Positions 44,950 through 55,130 of a stretch of 64,000 bases of DNA are shown one piece after another; position 1 is the stretch's first letter, and each line of letters opens with the position of its first letter. The stretch lies in IMG/VR virus record IMGVR_UViG_3300046513_000134, positions 36,507 through 100,506 of that record; one strand, written 5' to 3'. Source of the DNA: a virus. A program made the translations under genes and the position numbers. The notes under the pieces were generated by a model. That model searched no databases, had not been told where the DNA came from, and was given only the letters and a program-made list of their open reading frames with translations.

Positions 44950-46044
44950 TTAGGCGCGGTTGAAGGCCGTATCGAGCAGAGGAGGAACCCCCGCTTGCTC
45001 AGATTTCTTGGTGGTGACCGTACGATCAGTCGGGCTGCTGGCGATGATGGTGCCCTTCAGGACCTTGTCCGTCTTCAGGGTCTCAACTTCGACCTTGGAG
45101 GCAAGGGCCGAGAGGTCCGCCTTCAGGGCTTCATTAGCGGCGGTGACCGGTTCCATGGCCTTAGCGACCGTGGTCGTGATCAGCGCGCCCAGCTTGGCGA
45201 GGAGGTCTTCGGTGTTGCCTTCGGACTTCACTGCTTCCACTGCAGGAGCGGCTTCTTCCTTGACGGCTTCGTCTTCGCCTTCCGGCTTGTCTTCGGCCTT
45301 CTCGGTTTCTTCCGGCTTCTTTTCTTCGGTCTTTTCGACCGCTGGCTCTTCAGCCTTTGGCTCTTCCTTCTTCGCCGGCTCGGCAGCAGCAGGTGCTACG
45401 ACGGCGGTGGAAGCGCGGAGGGCTTCGTCAGCCTTGACGGCGGCTTCCGGGATCGAGGCCACCAGCGTGTTGACGAGCTGGCCGAAATCGCTGTGCGCCT
45501 TGGAGACGAGGGTCGAGATCGCGCCCTTGTCTTCCGACTTCTGCATGATGTTGTAGACGCAATCGCGGAAGGCTTCCGTTGCCTGATACAGGGTCGGGAA
45601 GAAGCTCTGCTGTGCGAAGATCGTGGAGAAGTCCGTATCCGACCAGTTGTAGGTCGAGAAGGATTTCTGGAGACCGGAGACAGCGACGACGACGTTGTCA
45701 TCGAGCTTGAGGAAACCGACTTCGAATTCCTTGATGCCGTCCTGCTTGAAGACGATGGTGTCTTCGCCCTCTTCACCCTTTTCGAGGGAGAGGCCGGTGT
45801 CCTTCAGGGTTTCCTTGACGGCCGCAAGATCGGCCGACTTGTTGACGATGACGGCGAGAACGCCGGGTTTCTTGACTTCGGCCTTGGCGAATGCCGACTG
45901 GCCGATTTTGTTAAGATCGAGCATTTCTTCGCTGTCCTCTTTAACGAAACGAAAGGGAATGCGGTTCGCACCGCGTTTGACCATCGAAACGATGTTGGTG
46001 TGGGCGTTTGCTAGTTCAGTTGCTGTCAGCTTGATCGTCGTCAT
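44950..46044 (-). CDS. capsid scaffold carrying an XkdF-type N-terminal motif
   Basis: IVSMVKRGAN..F.FVKE, then acidic coiled coil. Confidence 0.65.
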   Translation of the reverse strand: MTTIKLTATELANAHTNIVSMVKRGANRIPFRFVKEDSEEMLDLNKIGQSAFAKAEVKKPGVLAVIVNKSADLAAVKETLKDTGLSLEKGEEGEDTIVFKQDGIKEFEVGFLKLDDNVVVAVSGLQKSFSTYNWSDTDFSTIFAQQSFFPTLYQATEAFRDCVYNIMQKSEDKGAISTLVSKAHSDFGQLVNTLVASIPEAAVKADEALRASTAVVAPAAAEPAKKEEPKAEEPAVEKTEEKKPEETEKAEDKPEGEDEAVKEEAAPAVEAVKSEGNTEDLLAKLGALITTTVAKAMEPVTAANEALKADLSALASKVEVETLKTDKVLKGTIIASSPTDRTVTTKKSEQAGVPPLLDTAFNRA

Positions 46045-46651
46045 CGCCGTAAACCATCACCACTGTTTCGAGGTAAGAGAACCGATGATTGTGCCCGTTG
46101 GAGTTTTCAGTCACGGTCCCCCGGAGGATTTCGTGCTTGTGACCGTCAGGACCGGCATCAGTCATTCCACCAATCAGGTTGCCGTCTCCATCGTACCAAA
46201 CAACGAACTCGTGATCGTGATCGTCGTCTTCGTGCTTGGAGGTGCGACCCTTCATGACATCTGGCAGGATGAGAGTGACTTCGGTTGCGACGCGTACCCC
46301 GGTGCCATCAAGAGAGAAGCCGTTCAGCTCGCCAGACTTGACCATGGCCCAGACGTCGTCTGAAGGGACGTAGACTGCCACCACCCAAGAACCGGGGATG
46401 AAGTCTGGATCTCCGTCACGAGCGATGAAGCTCTCGACTACGACTGAACCGTTCGGCACCCGGTCGTGGTTCGTGTCTACGTTCAGGACCCTTGCGTTCG
46501 CTAGGAACTCGTGGCCCATCTTGCGGATCGTCTCGGCCGTCATGAAATCATTCTGGCTGTCGAGTTTGTCCGGTGCGTAAACTTCCCCGTAGACCAAGCG
46601 CTGGTCTTCGTCTGCTTTCTTGATCGCGATGGAGATGGCGTTGTCGGTCAC
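46016..46651 (-). CDS. prohead serine protease (XkdF-like)
   Basis: DEDQRLVYGEVYAPD.LDSQND, NHD, VVESFI, GELNGFSL; His-rich C-terminus. Confidence 0.85.
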   Translation of the reverse strand: MTDNAISIAIKKADEDQRLVYGEVYAPDKLDSQNDFMTAETIRKMGHEFLANARVLNVDTNHDRVPNGSVVVESFIARDGDPDFIPGSWVVAVYVPSDDVWAMVKSGELNGFSLDGTGVRVATEVTLILPDVMKGRTSKHEDDDHDHEFVVWYDGDGNLIGGMTDAGPDGHKHEILRGTVTENSNGHNHRFSYLETVVMVYGDDDDQADSN

Positions 46652-46709
46652 CGTTTCCCTCTCGAACCAACCACAGAATGGATGATGAATGGCAGAGGGG
46701 GGTTGCCAG

Positions 46710-46723
46710 TGCAATATGTTGCA
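46710..46723. repeat. TGCAA-N4-TTGCA site
   Basis: TGCAATATGTTGCA, intergenic. Confidence 0.9.
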
Positions 46724-46800
46724 AACGCAAACGCGGCCCGATGGTTATCTCCATGGACCGCGCTGTGTGAATTATAGGGACAGTGAAATGTCTCTGTAGG

Positions 46801-48420
46801 TTATTTCGAGCCGCTGGGCAGTACCTTGCCGTTGGGAAGGCCCGTCTGGCTGTTGAGATCCTTGGTCGGAGCCTTGCCGCCTTCGCCGGGAGCCTCTGTC
46901 ACCTGCCCGACCTGTGGCATTGTCTGGGTCGCCTCGATCTTCAGGTTCAGCCCGGCGAACTCGTTGACGGACTGAATTACTGTCGCTGGCGAGACAAAGC
47001 CGGTGTCGCGGGCGATCTTCACGCCTTCGATCTTCGTAGAGGCTTCCTGAATTTGCAAAGGCAGGCTGCGCATGCAGTAAACCCGCTTGGTCTTCTTCAG
47101 CGCCGGGATCAGCTTGATCGAAATTGCTTCGTCAAAGTCCTCTCGTTCGGGGCGGAATACCTGTGCCTCGGCTACCGTGTAGGACGCGTAGGCGGTAGCG
47201 AAGTTATAATCCGAGGACGCACCGACGAAGATCGGCGGTAGACGGAAGGATCGACGGACGCGCTGTTCGCACTTGTCGTCGTATTTCTCAAACATGCTGT
47301 CGTTCTGGCGTTCGGTGCCGAAGCGCTCGACCGTGACCCTGACGTTGCCGGGATTGTCCAGTGACCCGCCATTTGGTTCTGCCTCCACGACCATCAAGCG
47401 CTGCTTCTTGGCAGCCTTGACGAACATCATGCTCTCCAGTGCCTGCCGTGTCTTGGCCGCGAGGGTGCCGCCCTGCAGGACGATCAGCGCCGGGGGAATA
47501 CCGCCATTGTCGAAGAAGTCCATGTTGAACTCTTCCGCCTTGCGGGAGCCGAGCACCGAGGGGAGCTGGGTGATCCAGCGCGGCACGCCGTAGGGCGAGG
47601 TCGCGTCAGGGATATCAACGAAGTGCATGATCTCTGTGGCGCGGTCAGAGAGGGCGACGGGGTTGGCCGCGTCTTCCCACTTGCCAGTGGTCTTGCTCAG
47701 GTGGCGGGTCGCCCCGAATTCACGGAAGTAGATGACCTGCCCGCCCATGTTGGTGATCTGGGCAAAGCGCCGTTCGCGGATATAGGAGGTGACGGGGACG
47801 TCTTCGCCCCAGCGCTTGTAGGTCTTGGTGACCGGGATCGGATCGTCCAGTGCCACGATGCGCATGGTCTTGGCATCGACGTGGCGCATGAAGGTGATCT
47901 CCGACATCAGGTTGCGGATGATCTCGAAATAGCCGTTGCCCACGGTGTGGCGGTCGCGGCGGACCTTCTTGCGCAGGAGCTGGAAGCTCTCACCCGGCCA
48001 GACCTCTCCGAAGAAGTCCCACAGTTCCTTCAGCTCAGGATCGTTGTCGGCGTCATCCGGCTTGGCGTCGTCGGCCATCAGCGTGTAGCCGGTGCCGTCG
48101 ATGTTGGTGACGTAGGCGTCGATGCACGGCAGCAGGGCGTTGTTCTCCGTGGTCAAGCGCCAGAGCTGGTCCTGATTGTACGGCGGTTTGATGATCGCAT
48201 ACTGCTGGCCGGCCGAGCCGCCGATGTAATAGTTCTTGAACTGGTCCTCGGTCTCCTTGGCATTCGAGGAGGCCTCGAAGCCTGCCAGCTTCAGCAGGGT
48301 GTCCATCTCGGGCATGGCGATCGACACCGAATAGCCCTTGCGGCCGTCGTCGTTCTTCACCAGCTCGCGGGTTATCGGCAGCGCCGCGTCGATCTCTTTC
48401 TTGCTCACTTTTTTGGTCAC
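46801..48420 (-). CDS. portal protein (PBSX family)
   Basis: GNGYFE, YGVP.W, FFDNGGIP, FRLPP..VG. Confidence 0.9.
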   Translation of the reverse strand: MTKKVSKKEIDAALPITRELVKNDDGRKGYSVSIAMPEMDTLLKLAGFEASSNAKETEDQFKNYYIGGSAGQQYAIIKPPYNQDQLWRLTTENNALLPCIDAYVTNIDGTGYTLMADDAKPDDADNDPELKELWDFFGEVWPGESFQLLRKKVRRDRHTVGNGYFEIIRNLMSEITFMRHVDAKTMRIVALDDPIPVTKTYKRWGEDVPVTSYIRERRFAQITNMGGQVIYFREFGATRHLSKTTGKWEDAANPVALSDRATEIMHFVDIPDATSPYGVPRWITQLPSVLGSRKAEEFNMDFFDNGGIPPALIVLQGGTLAAKTRQALESMMFVKAAKKQRLMVVEAEPNGGSLDNPGNVRVTVERFGTERQNDSMFEKYDDKCEQRVRRSFRLPPIFVGASSDYNFATAYASYTVAEAQVFRPEREDFDEAISIKLIPALKKTKRVYCMRSLPLQIQEASTKIEGVKIARDTGFVSPATVIQSVNEFAGLNLKIEATQTMPQVGQVTEAPGEGGKAPTKDLNSQTGLPNGKVLPSGSK

Positions 48421-48433
48421 GGTGCGCCCTTTC

Positions 48434-50899
48434 TCAAGCCGCGAGTTTAAACTTAGACATATCAGCCATGTTCGGCCCGAATTCTGCATCGACCGGGAAG
48501 GACAGTTGTGGGTTCCAGCCCAGCTCCTTGACGGGGAGCGTGGACATCAGTTCCATGACCTGTGGCATCAGTTCCTGAACCTTGTCTTCCCGCATGTAGC
48601 CTACCAGCGCGTCGTGCACCATCCCGATCGACCGGACATCGTCGGGGTGGAAGTTAGCTTCGATCAGGGCGATTGACCAGAGCATCAAGTCGGAAAGCGT
48701 GGATTGGATGGGCGAGTTGATCGCCTGACGCTCCGCCCGTGCCCTGACCTCTTGGTCCCAAGACTTGATCATCGGCAGGTGGCGGATGCGGCCGAGCGGG
48801 CTCTCGACGTACTGGTGGATCTTGGCGAACTTCTTGTATTCGTCGTGGTAATGTACCAGCCCCGGGTAGAGCTGGAAGAACGCCTCGCGGATCTGCATCG
48901 CTTCCTTGTCGGAGAGCACGAGGTTGTACTGCGCCCACGCCATCGCTTGGAAGCCCTGCCAGCCCATGCCGTAGAGCAGTCCGAAGTTCGCCGGCTTGGC
49001 CTTGCCGCGCAGGTCATCGAACATCTGTGCCTTGGCCTTTTCGTGGTGGTCCTTCCACGACAGGAACTCGTTGAACTCGACGCCGGCCAGCTTGGCCCCG
49101 GTAACGGCGTGCAGGTCAAGGCCCTGCTCGTAGGCATTGATCATCGTCGTCTCGTTGGCGACGCAGGCAACGATGCGCAACTCCCCTTGCGAGAAGTCGA
49201 TGTTGAACATCACGTAGCCGGGCGGGGCGATGAAGCAACGGCGGATCTTCTTGGCCCAGATGGTCTTTTTCGGCACCGTCTGGAATGCCGGGTCCTTGGC
49301 CGACAGTCTCCCGGTGACCGTGCCGCTCTCGTCGCCCTCGTCGTCCTGATACGCCCCCTTGTAGAGCATGTAGGTCGGGTGGAACTTGTTGTCGGGGGTC
49401 AGGTGCTTGAGGAAGCCGATGACGAAGGTCGAGCGGGTCTTGCTGGCCGATCCCATCTCCTGCAACGACTTGACCATCGTCGCCGCTTCCGGGCTTTCGA
49501 TGATGAACTGCTTCAGGTGGCTCATCGCCATCGACGGCTGTTCGGTCTTGCCGGTCAGCATCTTCGGCTTCAGGTCGAGGCCCTGTGGCGAAAAGAAGAA
49601 GTCCTTGAGGATCGACGGCAGCATCGGGTCCTTGCCTTGGGCAAGCTGATCCTCAATGCGGTCCTTGTACTTGTATCTGAGTTTGCCGGGCAGCAGCTCG
49701 ATACACCGTTGCTCGGCCCCGGCGATCGTCGTGTTCAGCTCGTCGTGCAGTTTGGCGTAGGCGTCGGTGTCGATGTGAATACCACGGTGTTCGATCATTT
49801 CGAAGGCACGGGCGGCGGGGTGCAGGATGGTGATGTAGAACCGGGCCAAGGCCGGTTGGTTCAGCAGGTCATCGCGCAGTTGGTCGGCCACCCGGTGCGC
49901 CGCATCAACGTCACCGGCCGCGTACGGCAGCAGATCCTCGGGCGGGATGTTCTCCATGTGCGACTTGTCGTGGAGGCTGTTCAGTTCATCGTCGTAGCCG
50001 CCGAGATCCGGGACCATCACCTTGGTGTGGACGTTCAGCGAGTTCGAGCGGTTCTCGTCCAGCATCGAGCCGACGAGGGCATTATCGAATTTGAAGTTCT
50101 CCGCGCGGAAGCCCCACTTCTCGTACATCCACAGATTATCGTACTTGAGGTTGGAGCCGCGCATCTTGACCTGATCGGTCTGGCAGAGCCACTTGATCTG
50201 ATCGAGGACGGTGTGCAGTTGCGTGAGATTGCCGTGGGCGTCCATCACCTTGAAATGATCAGGCTGTTCGATCGGGCATGGGTCGAAGTTGTCGCCCAGA
50301 TACAACACCTCCCCGAAACCGGAGCGGTCGGTGAAGGCGATCGAGATGATGTCCCTGTCTTCATGGAAGGGCGACAGCCCCATGGTTTCCAGATCGAGGG
50401 TCACGTCGGAAGCAGCGCCCTCCTTCATGAAGCTGACCATGACGCGGTTGATCAGGTCGGAGAAGTTCTCGACCCATTTGTATTTGCCCAGCTTCGGCTG
50501 CAGCGAACCGGTCTCCATGTAGCGTGCAATAAGTTGCACGTCCCATTGCATCAGCGGTTTGTTGCCGACGTCGGAGGCGCAGGAGTTCGGGTCGAAGCTG
50601 ATGAAGATGTGGCCCCCGCTTGCTATGGGCCACGGGGTCTCGCGCAGCTTCAGCAGTCCGAGGTTCTTCGGCAGCAGTCCTTCCGATTGCAGCATCTTCA
50701 TCGGCTTGCTGCCGCACGCAAGAAGAACCTGCCCCGGTTGTGGAACTGGGACAGGCTCGGAAGGATCAAAGGTCAGGAACTGGTGGCTGAGCCACGGTTT
50801 ATCCTTGAAGCAGCTTCCGAAGATTGTTGTCAACGTTGCCGCGTTCGCGGAGGTCCATATAAGCAGCTTCGGGTAGTTCTGCCCACTGTTTTCGATCAT
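48434..50899 (-). CDS. polA: family A DNA polymerase with 3'-5' exonuclease and degenerate UDG-like N-terminus
   Basis: DLETMGL, NLKYD, YAAGD; DFSQGELR, KPANFGLLYG, VHDAL. Confidence 0.95.
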   Translation of the reverse strand: MIENSGQNYPKLLIWTSANAATLTTIFGSCFKDKPWLSHQFLTFDPSEPVPVPQPGQVLLACGSKPMKMLQSEGLLPKNLGLLKLRETPWPIASGGHIFISFDPNSCASDVGNKPLMQWDVQLIARYMETGSLQPKLGKYKWVENFSDLINRVMVSFMKEGAASDVTLDLETMGLSPFHEDRDIISIAFTDRSGFGEVLYLGDNFDPCPIEQPDHFKVMDAHGNLTQLHTVLDQIKWLCQTDQVKMRGSNLKYDNLWMYEKWGFRAENFKFDNALVGSMLDENRSNSLNVHTKVMVPDLGGYDDELNSLHDKSHMENIPPEDLLPYAAGDVDAAHRVADQLRDDLLNQPALARFYITILHPAARAFEMIEHRGIHIDTDAYAKLHDELNTTIAGAEQRCIELLPGKLRYKYKDRIEDQLAQGKDPMLPSILKDFFFSPQGLDLKPKMLTGKTEQPSMAMSHLKQFIIESPEAATMVKSLQEMGSASKTRSTFVIGFLKHLTPDNKFHPTYMLYKGAYQDDEGDESGTVTGRLSAKDPAFQTVPKKTIWAKKIRRCFIAPPGYVMFNIDFSQGELRIVACVANETTMINAYEQGLDLHAVTGAKLAGVEFNEFLSWKDHHEKAKAQMFDDLRGKAKPANFGLLYGMGWQGFQAMAWAQYNLVLSDKEAMQIREAFFQLYPGLVHYHDEYKKFAKIHQYVESPLGRIRHLPMIKSWDQEVRARAERQAINSPIQSTLSDLMLWSIALIEANFHPDDVRSIGMVHDALVGYMREDKVQELMPQVMELMSTLPVKELGWNPQLSFPVDAEFGPNMADMSKFKLAA
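50525..50538. repeat. TGCAA-N4-TTGCA site
   Basis: TGCAATAAGTTGCA, in polA. Confidence 0.9.
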
Positions 50900-51344
50900 T
50901 ACTCCAAAATCCCTGCTTAGTATTTCCGTCAAAAAGGGGAAGAAAATCGGGAAGGGGTTTCGGTTCGTCCCCATCCTTTAAAGCACTCTGTAGAGGCTCT
51001 GTGGGGTTTCCAGAGGATATCCAAAGGATGGTAAAGTTTCGGATATGATCAGATGCCAGCACGAGCAAGTATAGGTGAAGGACCCCACCAATGTGGATGT
51101 CCAATGCTGCGTATTCCTTACCGACGATGCCGTCAACGCGCTTGGGCTGGTAGCTGATCGGGAACCCCCTGATATCCAAGGTTTTCTGACCCGGAACGCC
51201 CTCCAGCCGGTGGCCGTCGATGCGCATGGCCATGCCGGTGATGTCGGCCAGATGGTAAAGGTTGGCGGTGCCGAGCTGGTAGAGAGGCTTGTACTTCTCC
51301 GGCTTCGGTTCCTTGACCTTCTTGGCCCCTAGCGATGCAGCCAT
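50799..51344 (-). CDS. hypothetical protein
   Basis: AAGGAG SD; about 100-nt overlap with polA. Confidence 0.55.
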   Translation of the reverse strand: MAASLGAKKVKEPKPEKYKPLYQLGTANLYHLADITGMAMRIDGHRLEGVPGQKTLDIRGFPISYQPKRVDGIVGKEYAALDIHIGGVLHLYLLVLASDHIRNFTILWISSGNPTEPLQSALKDGDEPKPLPDFLPLFDGNTKQGFWSNDRKQWAELPEAAYMDLRERGNVDNNLRKLLQG

Positions 51345-51559
51345 TTCTGTTCTCCTTTCGTGTTCACGCTGACCGACATTTCGCCCATGTACGTGCCGAA
51401 ATAAGTCTTGGCGAACCGGACGAAGAACGACCCGTCGTTCTGGACGATGACGTCAGCGACCGTGGCCTTGACCAGTTCTTTGGAGACCTTGGGGAGCAGC
51501 GGGGCGAGGTTCGCCACCTGCCCGACCTTTATAGCCCGAAGGATTTCGGTTGAGAACAT
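51329..51559 (-). CDS. hypothetical protein
   Basis: Start MFSTEIL. Confidence 0.55.
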   Translation of the reverse strand: MFSTEILRAIKVGQVANLAPLLPKVSKELVKATVADVIVQNDGSFFVRFAKTYFGTYMGEMSVSVNTKGEQKWLHR

Positions 51560-53214
51560 TTCTTGAGCCTTTCGATACTCGGGATCGGGGAATTGAATTT
51601 GTACATCGTCGCCCCGATCATCGAGAGCAGGGTCCGCTGCATCAGTGACAGGTTGTTCTCGCCCTCGAAGCCGATATGGCAGGAGGCGTAGCCTGTCTTC
51701 ATTTCGATGCCGGCCATGGACAGCCACTTGGCGGCGTCACCCTGCAGGTCTGGTCCCTCGAAGCGGATCGCCAGTGCATGCGGTGACCACCGGGCTCCCA
51801 CCTTCAGGCCGGGTCCGATCGCCACGGCGTAGTAGGGGTTCTGCGTCCCCTTGGTCTCTTGATACATGAACTTGGCGAGGGCCAGCTTCGGCGGTACTGC
51901 CGGCAGGGCTCCCCCGGCTTCGCTGACATCCTTGACGCTTTCGAAGGCCGTCTTCAGGGTAACGGTCACGGGTTCCGCCGTGGGTTCGATGGTCGCGGTC
52001 TTGGCCTTCTCGGCCAGTTGCGCCTTGAGTTTGTCGATGCTTAACGGTGTCATCTCATCACCTGTAGGAGAGGGTGTTTCCATATAAGATAGCGGATCAT
52101 AGGGGGCAGTCGGGATCAAGGTCGCGCCTACAGATTTTCCGAAGCCACCCCACGGCGCACTCAGCATCTGGTCCAGCATCTCTTGATTGGGGCTGTGGTG
52201 GAGGGTGCCAGCCGGTACGATCTCGGTCGGCGGCGTGTAGGTGGCGACGATCTTCTCCAGCGTTATGTCGAAGTTACCGACGATCAAGCCGCCATAGCTA
52301 ACGGTCGGGACCTTGTTCATGCAGATGTACTGCTTGCCGAGCAGCGAAGAATTCGGCCACTTGGGCGAGGGGTTGGCCAGAGCCGATGGGTGGATGCCGT
52401 CGCTGGTGATAAACGGAGGAGGGGTCAGGACCGGCGTGAAGTCAACGCCGCCGATATCCACGCCCACCTGCAGCGAAGAGGCCGCGTCCAGCCACGTCGA
52501 GGCCTTGATCAGATTGTACAGGTCCCATGTTGTCATGACCCCCTGCTTCGACAGCCAGTGGACCACGAGGGCAAGAAAGGCAGTGCCGTTGCTCTTGTCG
52601 GCAGACGAGGATAGGAACACCGCGAAGCCCTTGAATGTGTCGATGGAAATCTGCTTGTACATCGCCAGTGACTGCCCCAGCTCCACGAGGAACGGCGGAA
52701 CTTTGCTGGGCTCGAAGAACAGCTCGCACCAGTTACCGAACCATTTCTCGAAGTAGGCACCTTTCAGCTTGGCGACATGCGTGAGGGTGCTCTCCAGCAT
52801 GCCGGTTGCCATCATGATGGTCTTCATCTTCTCGGCAAAGATCAGATCAGCGGCGTCGTGCGAGATGTTCCCATAGGTGTTGTAGTTGTACTTTGGGAGC
52901 CCTTGGGGGGTCCACTCGGCAGTGTAGTCGAGGGTAGGTTTGTCTGCGCCTGTGAGCGCCGCATTCGGCCCCTCCTCCCACGCCTTGATCACGCCTGCGC
53001 AATTGCCGGCCAGAAGCGCCGACTTGTAGATGAGCGGGGTGTACGAACCCCAGTGGTGGAGCCCGTGCTTCACGTAGCCATTGGCCGGCGTTTCTTTGGG
53101 GACCATGCCCGGGCCAACGTAGAAGTGGTTCGACACTACGTGGTTGAATTCAGGCACGGGATCAGCCGACTTCTTCAAGTTGACCTTCTTCAATTTGGTG
53201 AGATCCAGTTTCAT
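51529..53214 (-). CDS. hypothetical multidomain protein (possible internal start at 52053)
   Basis: 561 aa; AGGTGA-N4-ATG in frame at 52053. Confidence 0.7.
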   Translation of the reverse strand: MKLDLTKLKKVNLKKSADPVPEFNHVVSNHFYVGPGMVPKETPANGYVKHGLHHWGSYTPLIYKSALLAGNCAGVIKAWEEGPNAALTGADKPTLDYTAEWTPQGLPKYNYNTYGNISHDAADLIFAEKMKTIMMATGMLESTLTHVAKLKGAYFEKWFGNWCELFFEPSKVPPFLVELGQSLAMYKQISIDTFKGFAVFLSSSADKSNGTAFLALVVHWLSKQGVMTTWDLYNLIKASTWLDAASSLQVGVDIGGVDFTPVLTPPPFITSDGIHPSALANPSPKWPNSSLLGKQYICMNKVPTVSYGGLIVGNFDITLEKIVATYTPPTEIVPAGTLHHSPNQEMLDQMLSAPWGGFGKSVGATLIPTAPYDPLSYMETPSPTGDEMTPLSIDKLKAQLAEKAKTATIEPTAEPVTVTLKTAFESVKDVSEAGGALPAVPPKLALAKFMYQETKGTQNPYYAVAIGPGLKVGARWSPHALAIRFEGPDLQGDAAKWLSMAGIEMKTGYASCHIGFEGENNLSLMQRTLLSMIGATMYKFNSPIPSIERLKKCSQPKSFGL

Positions 53215-53226
53215 TCCCGCCTCCGA

Positions 53227-53994
53227 TCAGGCTTTGAAGATGTCGTGCCCGCCCAGTGGCGTGAACGTGGTTTCGGTCAGGAGCTTCTTCTTGGCCTTGG
53301 GCTTTGTCTTGGGGCTCTCGTCCCAGACGCTGCTGTAGTTCTTCTGGGGCTTACCCGTCTCGTAGTCCAAATGGATCGCGGTCGGGGGCAGGTTGCCGGT
53401 CTTGTAGCCAGCGGCCGGGAGGATGCCGAAGTGCTTCTTCAGGAACTCGACCTGCACGCCGCTCTCCACCGCCTTCTTGCAGTAGTTCTCGCGGACCCAG
53501 TTGATGGCGTCCTCGATCCCGAGGGCTTCCTTGACCACGGCGCAGATGAAGGTGCCGGTGCGCCCGTGCCCGCCGATGCAGCCGCAGTGAATGGTCTCGC
53601 CGGCCAGCAGTTGCGCTGCCGTCCATTGCACCAGCTTCTTGAACTCGGTGGCATTCGCCGGCGCTTGCATGTCGGTGATCTTGTGGTGGATGACGTGCGG
53701 CCGGTGCGCGGCGACCTCGTCGTTGGCATAGTCGTATTCGGGGATGTGCATGTTCCAGTCGAAGCCGATGAAGGCGAACGCCTCCTTGGCCACCGGGAAG
53801 CCGCAGGAGCCGCCGATCAGGGTACCAGTGCCGATGCTCAGGGCCGGATGGCTCTTGTAGCATCTCTCGCCGCTGATGTTCTTGTTCGCGCTGTCCAACA
53901 GGGGTACTCCTTCGACCGGTTTCACGTATTGCTTGGCACGGACGTCGGCCCGGTCGCCGTAGATGACATCATTGAGGGATTTATTGACGGGCAT
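53227..53994 (-). CDS. CX5R protein tyrosine/dual-specificity phosphatase
   Basis: KITDMQAP, HCGCIGGHGRTG, AVESGVQ. Confidence 0.85.
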   Translation of the reverse strand: MPVNKSLNDVIYGDRADVRAKQYVKPVEGVPLLDSANKNISGERCYKSHPALSIGTGTLIGGSCGFPVAKEAFAFIGFDWNMHIPEYDYANDEVAAHRPHVIHHKITDMQAPANATEFKKLVQWTAAQLLAGETIHCGCIGGHGRTGTFICAVVKEALGIEDAINWVRENYCKKAVESGVQVEFLKKHFGILPAAGYKTGNLPPTAIHLDYETGKPQKNYSSVWDESPKTKPKAKKKLLTETTFTPLGGHDIFKA

Positions 53995-54008
53995 GTAGCA
54001 CTCCTTTG

Positions 54009-55103
54009 CTAATCAGCTCGGTTGATCTTTTTGACGAAGGTGTCGTTGTCCACCTGATAATGGTGAAGCAGGAACTCGGCCTCGTCCATGGCTTTCTTGG
54101 CGGCTAGCAGATCGGCCATGGCCTTCTTGGCTTTGGCTTGCTCGTAGGCCAGCTTCTCCGCTTCCCCCGACTTCGCGGTGGGGCCGTATTTCTCGACCTG
54201 CTTCTTCTGCCAGCTAGCGCAGTTGTTCACCGCGCCCAGCGCCTGTACCTCGTACCAGTCGATGTAGCGGCGCTCGAAGCATTCCGAATGGCGCTCCACG
54301 AATTCCTCGGTCAGAACCCGCATCTTCGGGGTGGTTCCCTGCTGGGTGACCGCGTGGCTCTCAAGGATGCCTTCAAGGATCATCCCGGCCCGCTGGACGT
54401 CGAGGACGCTCAGCAGGTAACCGGAGTAGCCGCTGTAGAGCATGCCCTTGTTGAAGATCGGCCCGTTGTTGTGGCTTAGCGTCCAGTTGGTGTCGAGCAT
54501 GATCTCCAGCGAGGTGCGGCCGTAGACGTAGCTCTCCAAGCAATCGGCCACGGCTCCCCACTTCGGCCCGCCATAGCCACTGGAGAACTTGTGCTCGTAG
54601 AAGAAGCGGCGGATCGCGGTGGCCAGTTGCCCGAGCGTCGCCTGTGGTGGGTCTGTCCAGAGCGACGAGTAGTTTTCCCCGCTCGCATATTGGCGCAGCC
54701 ATTTGACCACCGGGAAGCCGACCTCTTTGGCGATCAGATTGTCCTTGCTTTCATTGGTGAAGGTATGGCGGCTCTCGCGGATGACGATGACCAACAGGTA
54801 CATCGCGGCGCGGATCGCCTCGGACTGGGTCCAGTTAAGGTAGGCATCCATCGTCGCCAGATCATCGGCCGGCAACGGTTCGTTGCGATCGAACTTGGCC
54901 GACAGGACCGCGATCATCTGCTGGAACCCGTAAAAGGTCACCGCAGCTTCGTCGGGATTGGCGAGATCCTTGTTGTTGTGCTGGTTCATGTACGCCTTGA
55001 CCTGCGCTCCGACCGTGGCCAGAGGGGTAGCAGAGACGTCCAACGATTGCCGGATCGGGTGGATGCTGAGGTATCCGAGCGTGTGACGCGGGCTGACGGC
55101 CAT
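54009..55103 (-). CDS. conserved-looking hypothetical protein
   Basis: RESRH, GYGGPKW, DTNWTLSHNNG..FNKG. Confidence 0.75.
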   Translation of the reverse strand: MAVSPRHTLGYLSIHPIRQSLDVSATPLATVGAQVKAYMNQHNNKDLANPDEAAVTFYGFQQMIAVLSAKFDRNEPLPADDLATMDAYLNWTQSEAIRAAMYLLVIVIRESRHTFTNESKDNLIAKEVGFPVVKWLRQYASGENYSSLWTDPPQATLGQLATAIRRFFYEHKFSSGYGGPKWGAVADCLESYVYGRTSLEIMLDTNWTLSHNNGPIFNKGMLYSGYSGYLLSVLDVQRAGMILEGILESHAVTQQGTTPKMRVLTEEFVERHSECFERRYIDWYEVQALGAVNNCASWQKKQVEKYGPTAKSGEAEKLAYEQAKAKKAMADLLAAKKAMDEAEFLLHHYQVDNDTFVKKINRAD

Positions 55104-55130
55104 GATGATTTCTTTCACTCCTTGAAAGTA

